Origin: Bacteroidota bacterium
GTDB taxonomy: Bacteria > Bacteroidota > Bacteroidia > Cytophagales > UBA9547
DNA: 64,000 nt
Assembly (NCBI GenBank): GCA_004293915.1
Contig: RDZG01000067.1
Location: 9,401 to 73,400, forward strand
Direction of reading: 5' to 3'
Below the pieces are notes generated by a model, which was not told where the DNA came from, ran no database searches, and saw only the letters and a program-made list of their open reading frames with translations. Below are positions 55,004-64,000 of the stretch, one piece after another (position 1 is the stretch's first letter; every line of letters begins with the position of its first letter). Both the position numbers and the translations under genes were made by a program.

Positions 55004-55825
55004 CTAAAAACCAAACATTTTTGTTTCTTTAAAATCTTTTGGAATAGTAAATTCGGCTATATTTAGCTTTTTTCTTTCGATTTTAGTACATTCCATAGTA
55101 ATGCTAACATCGTCTGATTTTACTTCCATTCGTAATGGCACACCATCTACTTTTGACATTGCTGCTCCAAATTTATCATCTTGCCCAGCTTTTACATCTT
55201 TAAATAGTTTAGAATCAATGTCTTTTATTTGTGTTGTAGCATAAATAAACTGCGTTTCAGGTGTTTTTGCTTTTGGGTTTGTAATGATAAATTTTACACA
55301 ATCATAGCCCAAAATTTTCATTGTCTCGGTTGTTTTAGTAACCAACAATGCAGCTTCATTTGTTTTTTGATTTGATTTTGGTAAAACGGAATATGTTTTT
55401 TTGTCTTTTTTAATAGCATACGATTCAGGTTTGCCTTTTAAAGTAAGTATATATCCCATCATGCTTGCTGCCATTCCGCCTTCAAGTGAAACAAGTGTGT
55501 TTCCGCCTTTTATCTTGATTATCATCCCTTTAGGCATCATGTTATCCATCGGATTGGCACCAGAAGGGGCATCAGAACTTGGCATTTGTGCCAACATTTT
55601 TTCGAGCATTTCTTTGGCTTGTGGATTGTTTGCAACTTCTGGATTTTTGAGTTGTTTCATAAGTTCTTCACGAGCATTGCTCATGTCTGCATTTGCATTT
55701 TGTGGCATTGCAGCCTGTTTTGGCATACTAGATTGCATTTTCCAACTAATTACCCCTTCAAAATCTTGTGAAAAAAGTGTGAACGACAAAAATATAGGCA
55801 ATATTAATAAAAAGACTTTCTTCAT
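55004..55825 (-). CDS. Secreted protein of unknown function (DUF4412-like?)
   Basis: It has a signal peptide (MKKVFLLILPIFLSFTLFSQ) and a Met/Ala/Pro-rich linker. The family guess is from memory. The antisense ORF 55401..55844 is a shadow of this gene. Confidence 0.55.
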   Translation of the reverse strand: MKKVFLLILPIFLSFTLFSQDFEGVISWKMQSSMPKQAAMPQNANADMSNAREELMKQLKNPEVANNPQAKEMLEKMLAQMPSSDAPSGANPMDNMMPKGMIIKIKGGNTLVSLEGGMAASMMGYILTLKGKPESYAIKKDKKTYSVLPKSNQKTNEAALLVTKTTETMKILGYDCVKFIITNPKAKTPETQFIYATTQIKDIDSKLFKDVKAGQDDKFGAAMSKVDGVPLRMEVKSDDVSITMECTKIERKKLNIAEFTIPKDFKETKMFGF

Positions 55826-55954
55826 GATTTTATATTATTTTTAAGTTTAATTTTGCTCAAATTTATGTACTATTTATTTATGAAATCAAACTTTATTACA
55901 TTTTTTGAAATCATTTTATTGAAAAAATCGAGTATAATCAACGAAGAAGTTGAT

Positions 55955-56752
55955 ATGATAACTTTTTATACACAAAAATTAATGCATTGGCTGGTCGAAT
56001 TTACTCCAAAATTAATTTTAGCAACACTAACGCTTTTTATTGGCTATTGGATAATTGGCATGTTATCTCGTTGGGTTCGCAAAGCATTAGAAAAAAAAGA
56101 AATCGAAGTTTCGTTGCGTACATTTCTAAAAAGTATGGTCAGTATTGGGCTAAAAATTGTGCTTCTAATTTCTGTTGCTGGAATGCTCGGATTTCAAAAT
56201 ACTTCATTAGTTGCCATTTTAGGTGCTGCAAGTTTGGCAATTGGTTTGGCATTGCAAGGCAGTTTGAGCAATTTTGCTGGTGGCGTTTTAATCTTGATTT
56301 TTAAACCATACAAAGTAGGCGATATTATTGAAACTCAATCGCAAACTGGAAAAGTGTCTGAAATACAGATATTTAACACCATATTATTAACTCCTGATAA
56401 TAAAACCATTATTTTACCAAATGGATCTGTGGCAAACGGAACAATAATTAATTTCTCAAAAGAAGGCTCAATTGGAATAAATATCGACATCGAAATTGGT
56501 TATGAAAATAATATTGCTGAGGCAAGAAATATTTTGCTTGATGTGATGTCTAAGCACAAAAAATTGCACAAAACTCCAGAGCAATTAGTAATTGTGGTTC
56601 AATTTGGAGATGGCTCTATCACACTCGGAATGAGAGCTTTAACTGCAATAGAAGATGCTCCTTTGGTTCGTTCAGAATTGAGAGAACAAGTAAAAATAGC
56701 ATTAGAAAAAAACGAAATCACCCGACCACCAATCAAAAGAGTTGTTGTGTAA
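55955..56752 (+). CDS. MscS-family small-conductance mechanosensitive channel
   Basis: It has three TM helices followed by KVGDIIETQSQTGKVSEIQIFNTILLTPDNKTIILPNGSVANGTIINFS. The ATG at 55955 is preferred over the TTG at 55853, which would leave only 27 bp to the divergent gene. Confidence 0.8.
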   Translation: MITFYTQKLMHWLVEFTPKLILATLTLFIGYWIIGMLSRWVRKALEKKEIEVSLRTFLKSMVSIGLKIVLLISVAGMLGFQNTSLVAILGAASLAIGLALQGSLSNFAGGVLILIFKPYKVGDIIETQSQTGKVSEIQIFNTILLTPDNKTIILPNGSVANGTIINFSKEGSIGINIDIEIGYENNIAEARNILLDVMSKHKKLHKTPEQLVIVVQFGDGSITLGMRALTAIEDAPLVRSELREQVKIALEKNEITRPPIKRVVV

Positions 56753-56772
56753 TTTATTTAAAAATTACTATC

Positions 56773-57054
56773 ATGAAACATGTTTTAATTATTCACGAAG
56801 TTGCTGATTACGATGCTTGGAAAAAAGTTTTTGACAAAGCTGCAATCATCAGAAAAGAAGCTGGCGAAATTTCTTATCAAGTTTTGAAATACGAAAATGA
56901 ACCAAATAAAATTGTTCATTTCTCAGCTTGGACTTCTATTGAAAATGCAAAACTCTTTTTTGAATCCCCAAAATTGATTCAAATCAGAAAAGATGCTGGC
57001 GTAAAATCGCCAGAATTTTTATATTTAGACCAACTCGAAGCAGGAATTTTATAA
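56773..57054 (+). CDS. Small dimeric alpha/beta-barrel (ABM-like) protein
   Basis: It is 93 aa. The pattern HEVADYDAWKKVFD....R.EAG...YQVL...ENPN.IVHFSAW.S.E is judged by eye. Low specificity. Confidence 0.45.
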   Translation: MKHVLIIHEVADYDAWKKVFDKAAIIRKEAGEISYQVLKYENEPNKIVHFSAWTSIENAKLFFESPKLIQIRKDAGVKSPEFLYLDQLEAGIL

Positions 57055-57109
57055 ATTTTTAAAATTTTATTTGTACATTAGCTAAACAAAACATTTTTGT
57101 AAATAAAAA

Positions 57110-57709
57110 ATGGCGACAATAGTAGAATCAAAGCAAAAAAAAACAACTTTAGACCAGTATTTTGAACAAGAAATTAGTGCTGACTTCAAAAATGAGTTTG
57201 TGAATGGCGGTATAGTTGCAATGGCTGGAGTATCTGTAAAGCACGTTAGACTCACAGTAAATCTAATGGTTCAATATGCAATTGAATTGGACAGAAAAAA
57301 CAAAAATTGTGATTTATATAGTTCAGACCAATTATTATTTGTAGAAGAATGTGCATCGATATATTATCCTGATATGATGATGGTATGTGGCAAACCTGCA
57401 TTTTATCAACATAAAAAAACGGGCAGAACAGCAATTTTAAATCCTACTGTAATTGTTGAAATTATATCAAATTCTACACAATATCTAGATCGGATTACAA
57501 AATGGGACTGCTATAAAACGATTCCATCGCTCAAAGAATATATTTTGATTAATCAATACGAATTTGGTATAGAAAAATATGAGCGAAAAGGAAAAAAAGA
57601 ATGGTTAATGACCGAATTTAATCAAAAAGAAGATAAAATAAGCATTACTGAAATAGAAATTTCAGTAAGCGATATTTATAAAAACACCGAAAATTTACCT
57701 GTTGAATAA
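57110..57709 (+). CDS. Uma2-family (DUF820) putative endonuclease
   Basis: The N-terminal pattern YFEQE....KNEFVNGGIVAMAGVSVKHVRLTVNL and the later DL..PD motif are typical of the Uma2 family. Confidence 0.65.
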   Translation: MATIVESKQKKTTLDQYFEQEISADFKNEFVNGGIVAMAGVSVKHVRLTVNLMVQYAIELDRKNKNCDLYSSDQLLFVEECASIYYPDMMMVCGKPAFYQHKKTGRTAILNPTVIVEIISNSTQYLDRITKWDCYKTIPSLKEYILINQYEFGIEKYERKGKKEWLMTEFNQKEDKISITEIEISVSDIYKNTENLPVE

Positions 57710-57867
57710 ATCTAATTTTATTAATTTTGAGTATAATAATACTTACTTTTTTACCAAAAAAAATTATTTCATACAATAAAATATAAAAATTTGATTCAAT
57801 AATTTAGATTTGCATTTAATTGTTATTAAACTGTAAATTTTCAATATTAAATTTTTATTTTACCTAG

Positions 57868-59988
57868 ATGAAATACACCAAAAAAGCTGAATACAAATAC
57901 GTTTCTTATCTTTGGGACGATGCAAAAGCCAAAGAATTAGCTGGAAGCGAAGTAGATTTATTTATTTATCGTTCTAATATGTTGGGAGCCGATTTAAGGC
58001 TAACTAACTATGCGGGAGGTAATACTTCTTGCAAAATCGAAGACAAAGACCCGCTTACAGGTAAAATGGTAGAAGTGATGTGGGTAAAAGGTTCTGGTGG
58101 CGATATTGGAACATTGAAAAAAGCGGGTTGTGCTTCATTGTATGTAGAAAAATTACATTCTCTAAAATCAGTTTATAAAGGCATCAAGTTTGAAGACGAA
58201 ATGGTTGAGCTTTTTAACTACTGCTTATTCAATCTAAAATCTGCAACACCTTCTATCGATACACCTTTACATGGTTTGTTGCCATTTAAACATATAGACC
58301 ATTTACATCCAGATGCTTTAATTGCTATCGCAGCTGCCAATGATGGAGAAAAATTAATGAAAGAAATTTGGGGAGATACCATGATTTGGATTCCTTGGCA
58401 AAAACCAGGTTTTGATTTGGGATTACAATTGGAAGAAGCACAAAAGAAAAATCCTACCGCCAAAGGTTTAATTTTAGGTGGTCATGGCTTATTTACTTGG
58501 GGTGATACTTCTTACGAAAGTTATATCAATACCTTAAATACGATTGAAGAGGCGTCTGAATTTTTAGCCAAACATTATGGCAAAAAAGCACCTATATTTA
58601 ATGGTCAAAAATTAAAATCACTTGAGCCAAAAGCGAGAAAAGAACAAGCTTCATTATTGATTCCAACTTTACGTGGATTGGCTTCTTCTGTCAATAGAAT
58701 GGTTGGTGGCTTTACTGACGATGAAAGAGTATTAGAATTTATTAACTCAAACGATTGTATTCGTTTGGCTAAAGTAGGAACTTCTTGTCCTGACCATTTT
58801 TTGAGAACAAAAATTCAACCTTTGGTTTTAAATATTGCTCCAGATGCAGATGTTAATAGTGCAGAAGTGAAAGCAATCATAGAAAAACAATTTGCAGATT
58901 ACCGTGAAATGTACACAGGCTATTATAATCGTTGTAAACATGACAATAGCCCAGCTCTTCGTGACCCAAATCCAGTGGTAATTCTTTTTCCAGGTGTTGG
59001 AATGTTTAATTTTGCTAAAGACAGACAAACAGCTAGAGTTTCTGGCGAGTTTTATATCAACGCAATCAATGTAATGAAAGGCGCAGAAGCAGTTTCTACT
59101 TATCAAGGATTGCCAGAACAAGAGGCTTTCGATATTGAATATTGGTTACTAGAAGAGGCAAAACTTCAACGGATGCCAAAAGAAAAACCACTTTCTAGAA
59201 AAGTAGCTTTAGTAACTGGTTCTGGTGGTGGTATAGGAAAAGCAATCGCCAAAAAAATGGCAGAAGAAGGAGCTTGTATCATGCTTACAGATTTAAATCC
59301 AGAGTGGTTGAAAGAAGCAAAAGATGAGTTTGTGAAATTGTTTGGTAAGGATGTAGTTTCTGATACTTTATTAGATGTATCTAAATCGGATATGATAGAA
59401 GAAGCGTTCAAAAAAGCTAGTTTGGCATTTGGTGGCGTAGATATTATAGTGAATTGTGCAGGTCTTGCCATTTCAAAACCTTTGGAACAAACTACTATTT
59501 CTGATTGGGATTTGTTAGAAAACGTGTTGGTAAAAGGTCAATTTATGATGTCTCAAAGTGGAGTTTCGGTCATGCGTAAACAGAAATTAGGTGGAGATAT
59601 TGTCAATATCGCTTCTAAAAACGGCTTATTTGCTGGTCCAAACAACATTGCCTACGGAACAGCCAAAGGAGCTCAAATTCATATGAGTCGTTTGTTAGCT
59701 GCTGAACTTGGAAAAGACAAAATAAGAGTAAATGTAGTAAATCCGGATGCAGTAATTGGTGGTTCCAAAATTTGGGAAGGCACTTGGGCAGAAGGAAGAG
59801 CCAAAGCTTATGGCATTACAGTAGCTGAATTGCCAGCCTTTTATGCTTCTCGCTCGTTAATGAACGAAATCGTGTATGCCGAAGACATAGCAAACGGAGT
59901 ATTTGCATTCGTAGGAGGACATCTTTCTAAATCTACTGGAAACATTATGAATGTAGATGGTGGAGTAGCAGCTAGTTTTACTAGATAA
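57868..59988 (+). CDS. Bifunctional class II aldolase (rhamnulose-1-phosphate aldolase-like) / short-chain dehydrogenase
   Basis: The ~440-aa N-terminal domain is aldolase/adducin-like. The C-terminal SDR has TGSGGGIGKA and YGTAKGA (YxxxK). Confidence 0.8.
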   Translation: MKYTKKAEYKYVSYLWDDAKAKELAGSEVDLFIYRSNMLGADLRLTNYAGGNTSCKIEDKDPLTGKMVEVMWVKGSGGDIGTLKKAGCASLYVEKLHSLKSVYKGIKFEDEMVELFNYCLFNLKSATPSIDTPLHGLLPFKHIDHLHPDALIAIAAANDGEKLMKEIWGDTMIWIPWQKPGFDLGLQLEEAQKKNPTAKGLILGGHGLFTWGDTSYESYINTLNTIEEASEFLAKHYGKKAPIFNGQKLKSLEPKARKEQASLLIPTLRGLASSVNRMVGGFTDDERVLEFINSNDCIRLAKVGTSCPDHFLRTKIQPLVLNIAPDADVNSAEVKAIIEKQFADYREMYTGYYNRCKHDNSPALRDPNPVVILFPGVGMFNFAKDRQTARVSGEFYINAINVMKGAEAVSTYQGLPEQEAFDIEYWLLEEAKLQRMPKEKPLSRKVALVTGSGGGIGKAIAKKMAEEGACIMLTDLNPEWLKEAKDEFVKLFGKDVVSDTLLDVSKSDMIEEAFKKASLAFGGVDIIVNCAGLAISKPLEQTTISDWDLLENVLVKGQFMMSQSGVSVMRKQKLGGDIVNIASKNGLFAGPNNIAYGTAKGAQIHMSRLLAAELGKDKIRVNVVNPDAVIGGSKIWEGTWAEGRAKAYGITVAELPAFYASRSLMNEIVYAEDIANGVFAFVGGHLSKSTGNIMNVDGGVAASFTR

Positions 59989-60034
59989 TCTTTTTGGCGT
60001 TCTAAGTTTTTGAAAACTTGGAACGCCTTCTATT

Positions 60035-60544
60035 ATGATTACCTTAAAAAAAGAAAAACCAATTTTTATTATTTATTCCAATTGGGATGTATTAATCTAT
60101 TTTTTAAATTTCATTTACTTAATACTTTGCCTTGTTTCCATAATTAATTTATGGACTGATAACAAAAAATATAACTTATTCATTTTAATGGCTGGTGTTT
60201 CAGTTTATATATTTGGTTTCAGTTTTAGCATTTGGTTGTCTCAAAATTGGAAAGTATTAAAAGCAGAAAAAGTAATATTTTGGAATAATCATATCGAATT
60301 TGTAAATGAGTACAATCTAAAATATATTGATATTAAAGAATTTACCCAGAAAATAACAAAACAAGGTAAGCACCTCATTTTTGATTATTTTGTTGATGGA
60401 AAATACATAGGAAATGAATTTGAAGATTTAGAATATCTAAAATATTTTCTTTCTAGAAATGAGCCATCCAAACATATTCGCTATTATAAAATACACACTA
60501 ATGATACCTTTTTTGACTCAGAAGAAGTGATTACTGAAGTTTGA
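60035..60544 (+). CDS. Hypothetical membrane protein (169 aa)
   Basis: Track ORF. It has two N-terminal hydrophobic helices and is AT-rich. Confidence 0.45.
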   Translation: MITLKKEKPIFIIYSNWDVLIYFLNFIYLILCLVSIINLWTDNKKYNLFILMAGVSVYIFGFSFSIWLSQNWKVLKAEKVIFWNNHIEFVNEYNLKYIDIKEFTQKITKQGKHLIFDYFVDGKYIGNEFEDLEYLKYFLSRNEPSKHIRYYKIHTNDTFFDSEEVITEV

Positions 60545-60631
60545 TGTTTTGATGGATATAGAATATTATTGATAAAAACTTTTATAAAATCTACAATATT
60601 TCAAATTAAGCCAAAAATCAATGTAAAATTA

Positions 60632-61654
60632 CTATTTTTTAACCAATAACTGTTTCAAAACTAAAGCATTGAGAGGGAATTCCATTATCACATGGAGTAC
60701 ACTCAAAAAATATAACACTGCTAGTCCTAAAATATAATCGTAATAATAAAGTACTAAACATATTAGCCAAAATATAACCGTGAACAATAGTTTTATTCTC
60801 GAAACTTCATGCCATTTTATGATACTTGTTTTAGAAAACCAGTTTAAATAATGATAAGTATATGCAAATGCAATTAAAGACTGTATTTTTAGCCCAATTT
60901 GGGAATTTAAGCTAAAGTTTTGACTTGGATAGGACCTAAAAAACATATCGTAAATGCTCATATTTACCATATTAAAATTACTTTTAATAAAACTTTCTCG
61001 CGTATAATTACTTATTTGGTAAATATTTATATCATGATGAATAAAAAATAATCCTATTGAAATTAAAATAAAAACAACTAAACTAAACCAGCCAGATGGA
61101 CTTTTAGATTTTATTGCACCAGCAATCACAAAAAAACCAGTAAATAACCAAACATGAATAATTGTTGGCAAAAAAACTGAAAACCATGTTATAAAATTAT
61201 TCATACCAAGTGCAATTAAAACAATGCCAATAAATGCCGAAATCAAAATCCATAGCCATTTATAAAATATGTTATCAAAAAACACCCAACCTATTGCAGC
61301 CATAAAAGCAATATACATATATAGATAATTTATATTTTCAAATACGTATCTAATTGATCTGTAATAACTTATTTCATAAAAACTACTAAAAATTTTCAAG
61401 TAAAAATCAAAAACTAGCATTGTAGAAAAAAACAATGAACATCCAATAAATAAGATTAGAATATTAAAGCCTTTATTGTTTATTTGATTTAAAAAATAGT
61501 TTTTAGATTGAATCCAATTGATTTCAGTTAGATAATGTAATGGACCTAAAACTGCATAAACAAATAAAAACGTTTCAAAAGGTAAGATAATGGCAAACCA
61601 TGCCGAAATTATCATAAAAAATATATTCAAATAATTAATTGCAGTTGTACTCAT
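60632..61654 (-). CDS. Polytopic integral membrane protein, unknown function (340 aa)
   Basis: Track ORF with about 9-10 hydrophobic segments. Its start abuts the mltG stop (61654/61655). Confidence 0.55.
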   Translation of the reverse strand: MSTTAINYLNIFFMIISAWFAIILPFETFLFVYAVLGPLHYLTEINWIQSKNYFLNQINNKGFNILILFIGCSLFFSTMLVFDFYLKIFSSFYEISYYRSIRYVFENINYLYMYIAFMAAIGWVFFDNIFYKWLWILISAFIGIVLIALGMNNFITWFSVFLPTIIHVWLFTGFFVIAGAIKSKSPSGWFSLVVFILISIGLFFIHHDINIYQISNYTRESFIKSNFNMVNMSIYDMFFRSYPSQNFSLNSQIGLKIQSLIAFAYTYHYLNWFSKTSIIKWHEVSRIKLLFTVIFWLICLVLYYYDYILGLAVLYFLSVLHVIMEFPLNALVLKQLLVKK

Positions 61655-62716
61655 TTAGTGAATGCCTGCTTTATCAAGCGATTGCCAGTATTTTCTGCCT
61701 ATTTCTAAATGTTCGTCAAATGTTTTGCTAAACAAATGAAAACCATTGAGTTCTGGGTTAGCACAAAAGAAATAATATTCATGCTTTTCATAATTCAAAA
61801 CTGCATCTATTGATGCTTGACTTGGTGAATTAATTGGTCCAGGAGGTAAGCCTTTTTTCATATACGTATTGTAAGGCGATTTAAAATAGCGATGATATTC
61901 GGTTACTCGCTTTGCAGTAAAATCTTGTGTTGCAAAAATCAAAGTTGGATCTGCTTGTAATCGTTGATTGGCAATATATCTGTTCATATAAACACCAGCA
62001 ATACGTGGTTTTTCCTCATTTTTATAGGTTTCAGCTTCAACAATTGAAGCCATTATGCTTACTGCAATGGGGCTTAATCCTATCGAACGTGCTTTTTCTA
62101 ATCGTTCTCTATTCCAAAATTTTTGGTATGATTTTTGAAATACATCAAAAACTTCTTTTGGAGTCCAAGTCCAATAAATTTCATAAGTATCGGGCAAAAA
62201 CATGGCTACAAAATTGGTATCATTAAATCCAAAACTCATAGCTAAAGCATTATCGTTGAGTGCCATAAGCACCGAATCTTTGCTAGAAGAAAGTTTGTAA
62301 GATATGCGTAAAGCCAAATCATCTTTTGTTCGAACCGAAGTAAGTGTTAATTTTAAAGGATCTTGTCTGCCCTTTAATATTTTTTTTAGCAACTGGAAAT
62401 TGCTCGAATTGGCTTTGATTTCATACCTTCCCGGCATGATTTTCTCTCTGTAACCCGTAAGTTTTGATAAAAACATAAATGAAAGCCTATCATGCAAAAA
62501 GCTTTGCTCAAGTGTATCTTTAACTTCTTCAAAAGTTGCTCCTTTGCGAATAAAAAGAATTTTATCTTCTTTATTTACCAATAAATTATCGGCAAATAAC
62601 ATTTGGTAGGCATAAAAACTTATAAACGCAAACGTAATCCCAAAGATAAGTAAATAAGCTACTCGTTTTTGGAATGTTTTTTTATCTTTTTCTATGTTTT
62701 TTTTACTTTTTGCCAC
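61655..62716 (-). CDS. mltG: Endolytic murein transglycosylase MltG (YceG-like)
   Basis: It has an N-terminal TM anchor and the YceG motifs MASIVEAET and ADPTLIF, plus GLPPGPINSPS. The start codon is GTG. Confidence 0.85.
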   Translation of the reverse strand: MAKSKKNIEKDKKTFQKRVAYLLIFGITFAFISFYAYQMLFADNLLVNKEDKILFIRKGATFEEVKDTLEQSFLHDRLSFMFLSKLTGYREKIMPGRYEIKANSSNFQLLKKILKGRQDPLKLTLTSVRTKDDLALRISYKLSSSKDSVLMALNDNALAMSFGFNDTNFVAMFLPDTYEIYWTWTPKEVFDVFQKSYQKFWNRERLEKARSIGLSPIAVSIMASIVEAETYKNEEKPRIAGVYMNRYIANQRLQADPTLIFATQDFTAKRVTEYHRYFKSPYNTYMKKGLPPGPINSPSQASIDAVLNYEKHEYYFFCANPELNGFHLFSKTFDEHLEIGRKYWQSLDKAGIH

Positions 62717-62728
62717 AACGCAATAAAA

Positions 62729-63694
62729 TTATTCGTATTTGAGCATCATTTCAACCCTGCGGTTTATTTTCCGGTTTCCATCCGAGTTGTTTGGCATTTT
62801 TGGTCTTGTTTCTCCGTATCCTTCGGATGATATTCTAGCTGCTTCAATACTTCTATCTTCCAAATATCTTTCAACTGCAGCAGCTCGTTTTCGAGACAAA
62901 AGCATATTATTGTCATCATCACCTACATCATCTGTATGACCTTCTAAATGTAATTTCATACCCGGATTATTCATCATAACCTTTGCTAAAGAGTTGAGCG
63001 AAGCAAAAGAACTTTCGATAATTACATCGCTTCCTGTTTCAAACAACAAATTATCAAATGCACTTTTCAAAGCTGCTTTTTCTTCAGGTTTAAGTGGAGG
63101 ACAACCTCTTAATTCGGCAATTCCTGGCGTTTTTGGACACAAATCATCTACATCTGGGATACCATCTTTGTCCGAATCTTGTGGCGGACAGCCTTTGAGA
63201 GCCCAAGTACCTTTTTCTTTCGGGCAATTATCTAACAAATCTGGGATTCCATCTTCATCATTATCAGGACAGCCATGAAATTCAGGCAAACCTTTTACAG
63301 TTAAACATTCGTCATCTTTATCAAAAACACCATCTCCATCGGTGTCTGCCCAAGGGCAACCATGATTTTCTTTCGGTCCAGGTTTATCTATACACGCATC
63401 TTCGGTGTCATAAATTCCATCTAAATCTTTGTCTTCAGGACATCCAAAAGGTGTAACTTTACCTCTTTCTCCCATATATGGGCATTTATCATTTATATCC
63501 AACACACCGTCTTTATCCGAATCGGCATCGTGTGGAATAAAATCGTGTTTATGTTCTGATTGTTGTTTTGATCTTTTTTTATCCATCGAACGTATTTTTG
63601 CAGTACGTTTTGGATTTTGTCCTAAACATTCAACAACAGAAAGTGTAGAAATTACAATCGTTAAGAAAGTAATATAAATTATGCCTTTAAACAT
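62729..63694 (-). CDS. OmpA-family protein with thrombospondin type-3 (calcium-binding) repeats
   Basis: It has repeated D.D.DG..D..D.CP motifs and a C-terminal OmpA-like domain (GHTDDVGDDDNNMLLSRKRAAAVERYL). Confidence 0.85.
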   Translation of the reverse strand: MFKGIIYITFLTIVISTLSVVECLGQNPKRTAKIRSMDKKRSKQQSEHKHDFIPHDADSDKDGVLDINDKCPYMGERGKVTPFGCPEDKDLDGIYDTEDACIDKPGPKENHGCPWADTDGDGVFDKDDECLTVKGLPEFHGCPDNDEDGIPDLLDNCPKEKGTWALKGCPPQDSDKDGIPDVDDLCPKTPGIAELRGCPPLKPEEKAALKSAFDNLLFETGSDVIIESSFASLNSLAKVMMNNPGMKLHLEGHTDDVGDDDNNMLLSRKRAAAVERYLEDRSIEAARISSEGYGETRPKMPNNSDGNRKINRRVEMMLKYE

Positions 63695-63768
63695 TTTTAG
63701 TATCTAATTAAATTTTTATCAAATAAAATCATTAAAGCGAATATTACAAAATAGATTTTTCATAGTTT

Positions 63769-64000
63769 TTAAAATCCACCTTCGCCACCACCTGTATTGT
63801 ACTCGGCTTTTTTGCCTCGTTTGATATTAAATTCTTTCCCAAACTTATATGTAAAGTTTAAATTAATAATTCTAGATTCTCCTTTTCGTAAAAAACTACC
63901 TTCAAAGTTAGTGTTTATACTATTGTCAAATTTTACATCTATTTGTTTCGTATCAAAAATATCGTTTACAGCTAAATTTAATGTTCCTTTTCCTTTCAAA
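63769..64000 (-). CDS. C-terminal end of an outer-membrane beta-barrel (TonB-dependent-receptor-like) protein; continues beyond the window
   Basis: The frame is open to the window edge. The tail has alternating beta-strand-like sequence ending ...NLNFTYKF....GGGEGGF. Confidence 0.55.
   Translation of the reverse strand, partial: LKGKGTLNLAVNDIFDTKQIDVKFDNSINTNFEGSFLRKGESRIINLNFTYKFGKEFNIKRGKKAEYNTGGGEGGF

Overview
This is a 64-kb, visibly AT-rich chromosomal segment (roughly 30% GC by eye, not computed). The gene repertoire looks Bacteroidota-like: ArgF'-type acetyl/succinyl-ornithine carbamoyltransferase, WG-repeat protein, YfhO, TSP3-OmpA, an ECF sigma factor and a LolE/FtsX permease. I support about 65 protein-coding genes, mostly on the minus strand, and one tRNA-Arg(TCT). 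I saw no rRNA, CRISPR array, transposase or integrase. Recognisable core genes include hisIE, a class A PBP, phoH, menA, lpxH, nrdB-nrdA and mltG. A >1,344-codon secreted protein at 1-4033 (minus strand) is missing from the ORF track because its stop codon lies outside the window. The main hunt result is the gap between a TolC-family gene and nrdA (46.4-51.0 kb). Four co-oriented ~111-bp repeats divide it into cassettes. Each repeat carries two 19-bp palindromes (7-bp arms, 5-bp spacer) whose centres are exactly 71 bp apart. All cassette genes are on the minus strand: two toxin-antitoxin modules, a three-gene block of unknown function, and small membrane peptides. The layout resembles an integron or dif-module cassette array, but the sites are not canonical attC and no recombinase is visible. 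A second theme is three accessory insertions bracketed by direct repeats that duplicate the terminal codons of the neighbouring housekeeping gene: a Fic gene (55/56-bp repeats), a Schlafen/AlbA_2-type gene (19-23 bp), and a TA pair beside the tRNA (15 bp, marginal). Other oddities are an alpha/beta-hydrolase with an in-frame TGA and flanking inverted repeats, a binding-protein/TM/ABC-ATPase fusion with no permease nearby, and a perfect 6 x 11-bp tandem repeat upstream of a second Fic gene. All homology calls rest on motif recognition by eye; no database search was run.
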